A DNA stretch of 64,000 nucleotides from assembly GCF_009914755.1 (NCBI RefSeq), contig NC_060937.1; one strand, 5' to 3'. Under the pieces are notes generated by a model. That model saw nothing but the letters and a program-made list of their open reading frames with translations. It was not told where the DNA came from and did no database searches. The stretch comes from the human T2T-CHM13v2.0 reference genome, Homo sapiens. The position numbers and the translations under genes were made by a program. Shown here piece by piece: positions 53,660 to 64,000 of this stretch (the stretch's first letter is position 1; the number at the start of each line of letters is the position of its first letter).

Positions 53660-55065
53660 GAACTGTTTAATCTAGAAGGCACAAATTTTACTAAGAAGTT
53701 AAACAAGAAAGAACCAAAACTTAGTAACAACAAGATGGCTGTCAAAAGATCTTAGGAGTGGTAAAAACCAGGTGAGACTTGGGAAGACACTTTTGATAGC
53801 TGACTGGCTATATTTGGGATCAGTGCCATGGTTATGACTATGTAACTAGGTAGCTTGGTCACAGATCTTTTGAATGCTAATCTCACCTTGTCCAGAGTTT
53901 TTAATATATGTGCAGCAGATTTTGTTAATAACTACACAGACTCCGCCATGTTCAGCTAGTAAATAAACCAGTGTAGTCTGTTATCGAGAACTACATTTGC
54001 CAGAATCTAAAGACTCTTGAGTTCCCTTTAATGCCTGACCTGTGTCAGTGGCTCAGGCTTCCAGGGTTTGAGTCAAGTTCCTTAGGGTTAACTCATGGTA
54101 GGCAAAGCTGCCTCAGGGTACTGCTAGTCCTATCACTGCCCAGGTTCCTGACAGAACTAATCCTATTGCTTGCTTACTTCCGGTATGTTTGTGTCTTATG
54201 GGATTATAGACAGTGACCTCTGGAGGGGCAAGGGTGGCCAACAAATATTCACTTCTGCTCCAAGTTTTTGATATACAAGGGAAAGCTACTACTAAGAGAA
54301 CAGGTGATTCTCTATGGAGTTGGGAGCAGTTACAGGCTGTGACATCTTCCCATTTATTGCCACAAACAAAAATATGCCGAGTTGGGACACAAAAGCTCTA
54401 TAGGTTGTGATGTTTATTCTTTACTGCCAAGTTGGGTCTATAGAGATGTTTTTCTCCCATTCTAATGGGGTGGTCAGACAATCTTCGTTTTCTAGAAGGT
54501 GTAGTACTCCCACCTTTCCAAACTAGGCAACTGTTTTTTTCTTGTGTTTTCTGGTCCGGAAGAAGGCACCACACATGGTCTCCTTGCTGACAAGTGGAAT
54601 CTCATTTACCTTGCTGCAGCCTTGGGAACTTGGCAACTGAAGTTGGATGAGAGCACTGAAGGGAAGCTTCCACTTTTGTGTCATTAATGCAATAGTGGGT
54701 TAAAAAGGTAGAATGATTAGTGCATTGGAGATAGAGATACCCAGCTTTCCACATCCAGGAAATAGTGGTGGTGTTGGCGGGGTGTTCAGGTGGAGTCCAT
54801 TAAGTGGGGAAGAGTTCCATTTAACAAGTAGAAGTTTGGATATTTTGGGATTGCTATGGTTAGTTAGGAGGTCTGGGGGAATGGTCATATTTTCCAGATA
54901 AACCAGAAGATAAAATTCTGTATCCTGGGAATGTTGATGATAAAACCAACAAATAAGATGATTCCCTGATGCAATAATTGTTGAAATATTTACTATAGAG
55001 TTATGTCCCCACCCATACTGGATCATGGTAATTGGGAGAACGAACAAGATGAACAGTGACAACAT
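53660..55065 (-). pseudogene. Retroviral env remnant, ERV-V/MER66-like
   Basis: Hand translation: signal peptide then WGHNSIVNISTIIASGNHLICW; FCVPTRHIFVCG; degenerate furin site GSKQ followed by AIGLVLSG..P*GSFAYHELTLRNL; ISD ANVVLDNRL/ALVYLLAEHGGVC; CX6CC CVVINKICC; PSLTWFLPLL before the TM helix. Stops and frameshifts present. Confidence 0.9.
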
Positions 55066-55324
55066 GGTTTTAAGATGGGCCTTAGTGTGGCTTCTACACC
55101 CAACAAGGACAAAGGAGGTGTTTCCCTTGAGATTAGCTAAAGCTACAGAAAAGAAGTATTACACTCAGGAAGAAGAGAAAAACTAAAGTTCCTATTCCCA
55201 CCCACAGTATCACGTTACCACTTCTGGCTGAATGTTGATGTTTTAAAAATAGGTAGCCAAGGTCTTCCAAAGGCTCACAGCTGTAGGTTTTGGTGCCCTC
55301 CTTTTGTGCCTGTGACTCCTAAGA

Positions 55325-55495
55325 AACAGGTTTAATCCTGGACAAATATACCCAACTAGTTATTCCCTGAAATTTAATAGCAGTGGGGGTACTCAACAAA
55401 ACCTGAAAGGGACCCTTCCATTTCGGTTGTAATTGATCTTTAGGAGATCCTTCTTTCCAAGTTTTTAGCAAGACTAAGTCTCCTGATTGAATAGA
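55325..55495 (-). pseudogene. Integrase C-terminal (GPY/F) remnant
   Basis: Open frame IQSGDLVLLKTWKEGSPKDQLQPKWKGPFQVLLSTPTAIKFQGITSWVYLSRIKPV, a gammaretroviral IN tail. Confidence 0.9.
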
Positions 55496-57719
55496 TGAGC
55501 TTTTTCTTCCTTTGCGGGGAATGCAGTATTTTATTTTTATATGGGAAAGCTTTCAGAACATTGCCTACATTCTAAAGGTGAGGGAAAAGGTTTGTAGAAC
55601 TAGTTACTACAAGCCAATACCACAGCAGCTAAATCCAGAATCAATGGAGAAGTCAGTTTTAGAACCTCATTTCCTGACTCCTAGTTTTTGGCTCCCTCAC
55701 TGCTCTAAATGGGTTCAAGAGGCAATGAGTGTCCACCCACTTCTACTCTTGTCCAGCCCAGAACATCCAACTGGCTACAATTCCCCTGACTCCAAGTCCC
55801 CCAGCCAGGGGTTGCAGGTATTACTGAGGGATACAAAGAACCTAGGGTAGGCAGCACGCTACTGTAGCACAGGCACAGGACAAAATAAAAGCTTGGCCAT
55901 CAACACTACCTCTGGCACACTCTTATTAAAAGGGGGAATATAAAACAAAAACCATAGATCAAAAGGAATGGAGTTGGGCAGATACCCATTAGTCACCAGA
56001 ACCCTTTTAAGCAATATAAAAGTCAAAAACCAAAAGCCAAAATAATGGCACACATCAAGGAAAACAATGAGCATAGAATTAAGCTATATTGGGAGAAAAC
56101 AGTGGTCCCATAGACTAAGACAAAACAGTTTAGCATCAGGCTATAGCAGCAGTCATAATTAGAGGAGAAAAGCTCACAGGAGCTGACAGAAATGCTAAAG
56201 GAAAGAGTTCCATGAATCTGAGAAGCTCTTACATAGATTGTGTGATTGAAAGGCAACATTTCTAGTAATTTAGCAAATTAATACCTTAAGAAAATTTGTT
56301 TCTGATATATAGACCGATTTGTAGAATGTCAACCACAATTTTCTTTTATCATAGCAAATTTAATTATACACAAAATTTCTTTCATAAATCGCCCTTTATG
56401 AACTGTATCATAACTTACGCAGACGATCTACAACATTCTTGAACTTTGGACTTGTCCTATACTACCTCTTTCTTAACCAGCAATTTCACTCTAGGACAAT
56501 AATTTACTACAGAAGATCCCTCCTCATATTAAATTATTCTTTCTTTATATACTTCCTTGCAAAACAATACATTTTCTATCCATTACAATCTTTATAACTC
56601 TTTTATCTACTTACTGGCTCTCTCACATTTTCAGCCTCCCTTTTAATAACTTCTGAATTAGAAAAAAAAAAATTCCCATTAAAGAAAACAGTTCTTTGGC
56701 ATATTTTATATAACCCCAAGTAAGACTTAGCTCTGAAGTGTCCATCAGACACTGGCATTCTATAGATGAGAACCGTTCTACCATTTTAATATTTAAGACC
56801 ATTTTAAGAACCACACAGTAATTTCATTTTTTATGCATCTATTCCATTTACATGTATTTGACTTTTTCACTTTTAACAGTTTTATCTAGACCACCTCTAA
56901 GAACCAGTATACTATGCACAGCTAGTCACCATTTAAAGCCATTTGAAACATTTAAAGCCTATGAAAAATAGTTGATTTACCTACATAAAAATCTTAAGGT
57001 TAAATTTCAGAAGAAATAACATTCTCTTCAAACTAATAAGCTTTGACTAGTCTTATTTATGAATGCTCTTCTGTTTATAAGCCAATTTGATAGCATGCTG
57101 GATACGCCATATATCACAATACCTGTATATACACCTAAACGAGCACATTAAATAAAATGACCTATACAAGACAAATAGATTCAAATTATTTACATAATTA
57201 AGAACTGTTTACCTGGTCAAATTTTGTTTGCCACAATAAATATAGAAAACATGAAGAGGCAGGGAAGGGGATCCCAGGGCATCAAATAAACAAAGGAGGG
57301 GGCAAACTGCATTGCTCAAGGGGAGACCCAAGAGTTGCCAAGCGACAGAGAGCTCATCCAGCAATGGAGATATTGAAGAAAAATATTTGGGCAGCTGTTT
57401 GCCTGCCACTGTAGGAAGCTGTCTGCTGGGTCAACGGTCTAAGACTCTCAGTAAGCTTACTTGTTCAAGGCAGCTTGTTGGGGCTAGTGGAAGAAGGTTA
57501 GCTCTAGTACTGATGGGACACTATTTTTCCTCTCTCTCACCAGAGACAGTTAGGACATTCTCATTGTCAATGGCCATCTTGCTCACAGTAGGCACACTAA
57601 TTTTGATCTGGGGGTCAGTGAGTTGGTGGCTCTTGTCTGGGCATCCCAGACACCAATTTCATGACATTTTCTTAAGATGGGTAACCTTCAGTGGGGAAGG
57701 TGCATAAAACAACTGTTAT

Positions 57720-58807
57720 CAATTATACTTTTTGGCTATTTCTTTTGGTCTTTTTGTTTTTTTCTCTTTTGCCTTGTCCCTACTGTTGTGAACTTTAACT
57801 ACTACATTTAAAAGTTGTCTCATAGGTGTATGAAGTCTCATGGTTGCTTTTGGGAGCTTCCTTCTAATGTCAGGGACAGATTGAATAATGTATACCCAGG
57901 TGAGCTTGCCCTTCTGCAGAGTCAGGGTCTGTGTTAGTGTATTTCCTTAATGCCTCAACCAAATGACCCTGAAAGAAAGGGGATTTTCATCTTTGCCCTG
58001 AGTTATTTCTCTAACCTCGTCATAACTGACTGGCTTAATCACACAGTTTTTCTCTTGCTTTTTTTTTCACAGCATATCAAACATAATATTTGTAAGTCAT
58101 GACAAGTTAAACCAAAGAACATGATCAACTTAACAAACTCCTCAGAAAAGCTTTCTGGATTCTCTGAAAACTCCAAATTTTTTCTTTTGTAAAGCCAAAT
58201 TAGACATGGAAAATGGCTCATAGACTCTAAGTGTTCTCTCACTTCCATTAGCTACCTCCCACAACGGAAACAGGTTTGACAGAGCTGATATGGGGCTCCA
58301 GTCCTGGTGGTACTGGTTGGGCTTACTTTCTTAGGCAGCGGGGTTATAGGCTAGGGATAGTTGGATAAGGGAGAGGTGTGCCTGATGACCGTGAGGTGGA
58401 ATCCTGTATTAAAGAACTGTCAGGAAACCGTCAGAAATGGGGAACTAAGGAGACCCTGGGGAGGGTGTAGCTATTCTAGGGGGAACAACTAGGAATGGAT
58501 CCACTGGGAATGGCTTTTTGGTGCCTGCAAGTATTGTAAGCCAGCAAAGGACCATAAAACCCTGCACATGAGGAACCTCTTCCCATTTCTCTTCTTTTAA
58601 ACAAAATAAGTCTAATTGTAAAATATCATTATAACATGTAAAACTATGTTTAGGCAAAATCCGTTGGTTTGCCAATATGTATGCAACCAAGACATTATTG
58701 CAGTAGTGAATGAGTTTCTTCTTCTTTTAGCCGAATTTGAATTTGCTCCAATAGCCTAAAAAATACCTCACTGGTGAGTCCTCTGGGGTTCTCCCTGCTG
58801 TCCCCAT
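57720..58807 (-). pseudogene. gag remnant (MA and CA/MHR)
   Basis: ATG at 58807: MGTAGRTPEDSPV..W..F...KKKKLIHYCNN...YNDILQLDLFCLKEEKWEEVPHVQGF; then FSENPESFSEEFVKL..LT.HDLQ; then VREITQGKDENP. Disrupted. Confidence 0.88.
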
Positions 58808-59677
58808 GTTAGTAAGGATCCCTATGGAGGGTTTCAGTTAGACCAAGTTTAGCAAATGCCTACTTATTTTCCCTTTTACTTTCCCACTTTCTATAAATAG
58901 CAATATGTTACAAAAGCAGATTATTAGCTTCACATGGGCAGTTGGATGTTAAGCCTAAATTCCACAGAAAGCAGCGGGTTATGCAGAGGGAGGGGCTAAG
59001 CAAATGGTGACTCTGGAAGGGAGGATGGGAAGGGTAAATAGCATTGCCCAAGGGGAGACCTCAGAGGCCCTGACTTGCCAGGGAACTTGCCCAGTAGTGG
59101 AGACACTGAAAAAAACATATTCAGGTGACCACCTTTCTGCCACTGTAGGTGGCTGTCTGTCAGGCCAGGGGCCTGGAAACTCCCAATTTCTTTAACCAAG
59201 AGAGACTTGAGCAAGGCAGTTGTAAGACAGCACACAGGAAGAGGCTAACAACTGGCTATTAGGAAAATAATATTTCTAACTTTGGAGCAGAAAAGGCAAG
59301 ATCAATATTCCCCTGGAGGAGAGGCTATAATCCACAATCCTAGAGGGAATGTCAATACCTAATCCACAGAGCATCTGGTGGGGTGGAGGTGACCAAAATA
59401 CCCATGCTGAAAACTTGGAGTGCCCAAGCTTCAGCCAATGAGGATTCCCTCACCAAACACCGAAAACCCTGGGGCACCCAGGGAGCAGCCAACAGTGAAC
59501 CTAACACCAAGTTGGAGTCACAGAACAATGTGACTCTGGCATTCCAGGGTCAACACAAAGGGGTCCTCACATAACCAAGTGTCCTGCCTTAATTGTCTAC
59601 ACACAATTAGCAGAAAGTTAAGAGAAAACATAAGACTGCACACATTTTGGGACTGAAAATAAAATGACTGATGGAAC

Positions 59678-60062
59678 TAATATGGTTTAGCTCTGTCTCC
59701 CCACCCAAATCTCATCTCAAATTTTAATCCCTACGTATTGGAGGAGGAGGCTGGTAGGAGGTGATTGAATCATGAGGACAGATGTTCCCTTTGCTGTTCT
59801 CATGATACTGAGTGAGTTCTCACAAGATCTGGTTGTTTGAAAGTGTGTGGCCCTTCCCCCTTCACTCACCCTCTCTCCTGCTTCACCAAGGCAAGACATG
59901 CTTACTTCCCCTTTTCCTCCCACCAAGAGTGTAAGTTTCCTGAGGACTCCAAGTCATGCTTTTGGTTGTGCCTGCAGAACTGTAGTCAATTAAGCCTCTT
60001 TTCTTAATAAATTACCCAGTCTTAAGTAGTTCTTTATAGCAGTGTAAGAAGGGACTAATACA
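59678..60062 (+). mobile_element. THE1D/MSTA-like solo LTR nested in the provirus leader
   Basis: taatatggtttagctctgtctccccacccaaatctcatctc...ggactaataca; TSD GGAAC/GGGAC (59673-59677 / 60063-60067). Confidence 0.9.
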
Positions 60063-62549
60063 GGGACAATACAATGGGGTCAGAAAAGGACCAGGAGAAG
60101 GGGTGATAAGAACATGATTTGGGAAATTCAAACAATCATGGATGCCTAACTAATCACCTAGCTGACGGCTTTTACTTTATTCCCTAGTTCTCCTGATACT
60201 ATGGAGTGGGGGCAGAAGGGAGACTCACTCATTCAGCAGACACAAATGGCATTGACTGATCTTCCATGTGAAGATCTCTCCAAGGTACCTCAACTTGGGT
60301 GGCCTCAGCACCTCTGCCATGGTGGGAAGGGCCTGCACTGGACAGTAACCCATCCTGGTCAGAGAGGCAGGTGTCACATGAGGCAGATGGAACTATGGCC
60401 ACCCCAGGTGTCAGATGGCACTATGGCCACCCTGACCAGCCACCCAGTGGGGCTCAGCTGTCTCAGTTAGAGGAATCTGCATGGATGGTAACCCACTGGA
60501 CTGCTAGTCAGAGAGGCGAGTGTCACGTAAGACAGATGGCTCTATGGCTGCCCCACCAGTGGGCTCAGCTGCTGTGGTGGGAGAGACCTGTACAGGTCTG
60601 TAACCCACTGGGCTGCCTGTCAGAGAGGTGGGTGTCACAGGAGGCAGATGGTACTATGGCTACTTGCCTGTTTGATTTGTTCCACTGTTTGCCAGGGTAA
60701 ATGATGGCTCTGAAGAGAGCCTTTGGGTAGTGTTAGAGCTCAGGTGATATAGCCCTGATTCTCTGTCTCTCCCCTCCTTGCCTTGCCAACTGCTGCCCTG
60801 CCAACCGCTATCCTGCTGACCACTACCCTTGCTGATCACTGACTGCCACTTCTCAAGACGGCCATCCTGCACATCACTGTCCTTACAGGCTGCCACTCCC
60901 AGATCACCAATCACTGTCTTCTGTCTTCACCCTGCATCGGGAGTCAAGCTGGTGCAGGGCAGGTGAGCCCCAAAGTGGAGCTTAGTCCGTGAGGGTTCTT
61001 GGCTTTACCCAGGGGAGAATTCAAAGGCAAGCCAAAGGTAGAAGAAAACAGCATTACTAAAGAGGCAGTGTTACAGCTCCAGGGGTGTTAACAGCTACGT
61101 GACTGTTCTGCAGAGCAGTACTACCCTGTAGGCAGAGTGTAGCAGCTTAGGGCCGTTTTGCGGTCATACTTACACTCACTTTTAATTGCATGCAGATTAA
61201 GTGGTGGTTTATCCAGAAATTTTTAGGGAAGGGGTAGTCACTTTTGAGTCATTGGATTATTGCCATGGAACGAGGTGGTAACTCCTGGGTATTGCCACGG
61301 CAGTGGTAAATTGACACGGCACACTGGTGGGTGTGTCTGAATGAAAGCCGCTTTAGCCCTGGCCCTGTTTTAGCTGGTCCTCAATCTGAGCCCCACTTCT
61401 GGAGTTAAGTCCTGCCTCCTACCTCAAAACTGCTAACATGCTTTTTGGAAGACTGGCAACAGTTATTTTTCTTGTGTTATACTTGTTTATGAAGTATCTG
61501 CAATTTAAAAATATTATGATAATTAAAAAAACAAAATCCAACAACATAAAAAATTCTTGTTGATTATTTTAAGCTAAAATTATAGTAATGGGGAAGTGGT
61601 AAATTATCCATATGTTTTTGTATTGGAAATATACAAGTAGTAATGACTTTGTGTGCATGTTAGCAATTTTCACGGTAAAGATGTTTAAATTGCTAGTAGC
61701 TATGTAACAAAACTATGCTACAAGCAAATACACTTTAGTGGTTCCCTGCATTCCTTATATTTATTGCAATACAAAAGATAAATTCCAAATGACATACTTA
61801 AAATTTATGACTAGTGCATTAAGTGGAGTTTTAATATCATTTAGCAACTTATCTATGCTTTCATCTTACGCATTCTATTTTCTCTATAAAAGTAGGAAGG
61901 CAATTTCAAGTAGCAGTGTCTTTATCATAATTCCTCTCAATTCTTTATTATTATAATGGCATGATTGTTTTTCTTTTTAGGTTAATTTAAGGGCAATGAT
62001 AACTTTAATTTCTCTAGCAAAATATCCTATAAATGAAGGAAGTAATATACTCAACAAAAATCAGAGCTTAAAAGTTTTTACACTGTAACTGTAACTTGAA
62101 ACAGATAACCAAATTTTGACATACAAATAAAGGCATATTCTGCATTTTTTAAGACAACCACAAAGCTGATGATTAAGTCGTCTCAATTCTATCCGCTTAC
62201 TAAAATCTATGTCCCATTTTCTTTTTATGTTTTTTTCTTTTCTTTGTAGTTTTGCCAAGTTTCAATTTACTACAGTGAGGAATTATATGATAGTAGCAAC
62301 ATTTTGAAACCTTATTTTATTTCTTTTTGTTTAGCTAAAATCTTGCTTCATTTCTATGCCTACCCTAACTTTGTAGTAGGTGATAATTTCTTATTCAGCA
62401 GAAGCCAAATTGTTAATTTACACTGTTTACAAAGTATTTAACCCGTAAGCCTGTATAAACAGGCAGCTAAAAACTGGTTTATTGGTAAAAAATACATATA
62501 TAAGGCATTCATAAAACATATATATGTTAGTGCCTGCTAAATGCCTTGA

Positions 62550-63190
62550 CATCACGTAGACCATGAGGTCAAATCCCAGTACTGCCTTTTACAATACAAT
62601 GTTTGGAAATTTTGTTTTACCTCTATAAATCTGTTTTCCATCTCTCAAATGGAGATGATATCTACCTCATAGGGTTGCTATGAAGACTAAATAATTTATA
62701 TAAGGCAAAAATAGAGTGCCTTGTGCATAACTGGTAACTGCTACAAGGTCTTACCTGTTTTGGCCCTGTCTTTACCCTAAGCCATACATCCATTACCTCT
62801 AGGATTTAACTTCCTACCATTTTCTCCCTTACTCTTACCACTCAGGCCCTGCAGGATTCCCTCCTGTTGGGTCACCACAAACTCCCCTCTCTGAAGGCCC
62901 TTTCCTCCTTCTGTTTGTTGCCTAGATGTCTGCAGGACTGGCTTCTTCCTGTTAGTCAGATTTCTGTTTAGATATCACCTTATCATAGAGGTCTTTTCTG
63001 ACTTCTATCTAAAATATCTTTCTCTTTCTTACCTTACTTTATTTTCTTCCTAGTACTGATCTAACACATCTTTATTGATTTTTATTGTTTACATCCTTCC
63101 ATAGCGTGAAAGTCCATAAAGAACAAGCGCTTTATTTTGTTCATGATTGTATCCTAGCACATGGAATATCATTTGTCATATAACAGGGAT
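62550..63190 (+). mobile_element. MIR followed by L2 3' fragment
   Basis: tcaaatcccagtactgcc...tctacctcatagggttgctatgaagactaaat; then gatatcaccttatcatagaggtctttt...ttgttcatgattgtatcctagcaca. Confidence 0.75.
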
Positions 63191-63668
63191 TATGCTTTTT
63201 AATAAACTGCTATTAATGTATTTGGAAAAGACCAAAAACCTGTATTTGAAAATAGTTGCAGCCTTTATAGATTCATGATACCTTACCAAGGCAGTATCAA
63301 TTAGGCAAAAAACGGACCCTCTTCACCTTCCAGGTTTATGTATAGTAGATTGTTTTGGAGATATTGGCAGGATTTTGTCTGTGTTTGTGTGTTTTTAAAT
63401 GTGATGCTGACTGGCCATGTTATTCTGTAAACAGTAAATGTAGCTAAAATCAGAATCTGGCAGTAATTTTGATAAAGTAGAGTGAATTTTTGTCTACTGC
63501 AAATTTTTTCTGTCCTAGAATTTTTGTTTGTTTCTATTAAACATAAAAGATAATCAACAAAATTTGGGTTATCTGTTTCAAGTTACCTACACTATAAAAA
63601 TGTCAGTGAGTTTACATAAAGTGATTTGAGGATACAGAAATGTGGAAAGCAGTCAAGAGGAAGCTTGA

Positions 63669-64000
<332 letters not shown>

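Larger units (their letters stand above)
52993..61426 (-). mobile_element. Two-LTR MER66/ERV-V-like (MER4-group ERV1) provirus, non-autonomous
   Basis: Homologous LTRs 52993-53457 (3') and 60950-61426 (5'), TSD AAAC (52989-52992 / 61427-61430), purine tract gagggagaa abutting the 3' LTR on the minus strand, and gag, IN-tail and env remnants in the correct order. Confidence 0.92.

Noticed and set aside
60925-60949. Primer-binding site next to the 5' LTR
   Set aside because: gcttgactcccgatgcagg does not match any tRNA 3' end well enough to assign.
63318-63545. Acceptor-like cctcttcaccttccag| with a downstream ATTAAA
   Set aside because: A single motif with no ORF or other support; expected by chance in 64 kb.

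Overview
Primate (human-like) AT-rich non-coding genomic DNA. It is dominated by interspersed repeats: Alu, L1, L2, MIR, MaLR/ERV1/ERVL/ERVK LTRs and DNA transposons. No intact protein-coding gene or RNA gene is recognisable, and almost all ORFs in the supplied track are repeat-derived or chance. The largest coherent structure is an ~8.4 kb two-LTR MER66/ERV-V-like provirus on the minus strand (52993-61426, TSD AAAC). It keeps gag, integrase-tail and env remnants, candidate env splice signals and an open 121-aa signal-peptide-bearing SU ORF. A GC/CpG-enriched unique segment at ~43.65-44.56 kb looks like a promoter/first exon of a plus-strand spliced transcript. A separate chain of splice-site-flanked segments at 21.7, 17.7 and 15.4 kb suggests a minus-strand transcript. 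Smaller oddities are a 31-bp TATA-containing inversion in one LTR, a templated patch inside an L1, and a 24-nt poly(A)-tailed insertion with TSDs. Repeat family names are from recalled consensus sequences, not a database search, and boundaries without TSDs are approximate.
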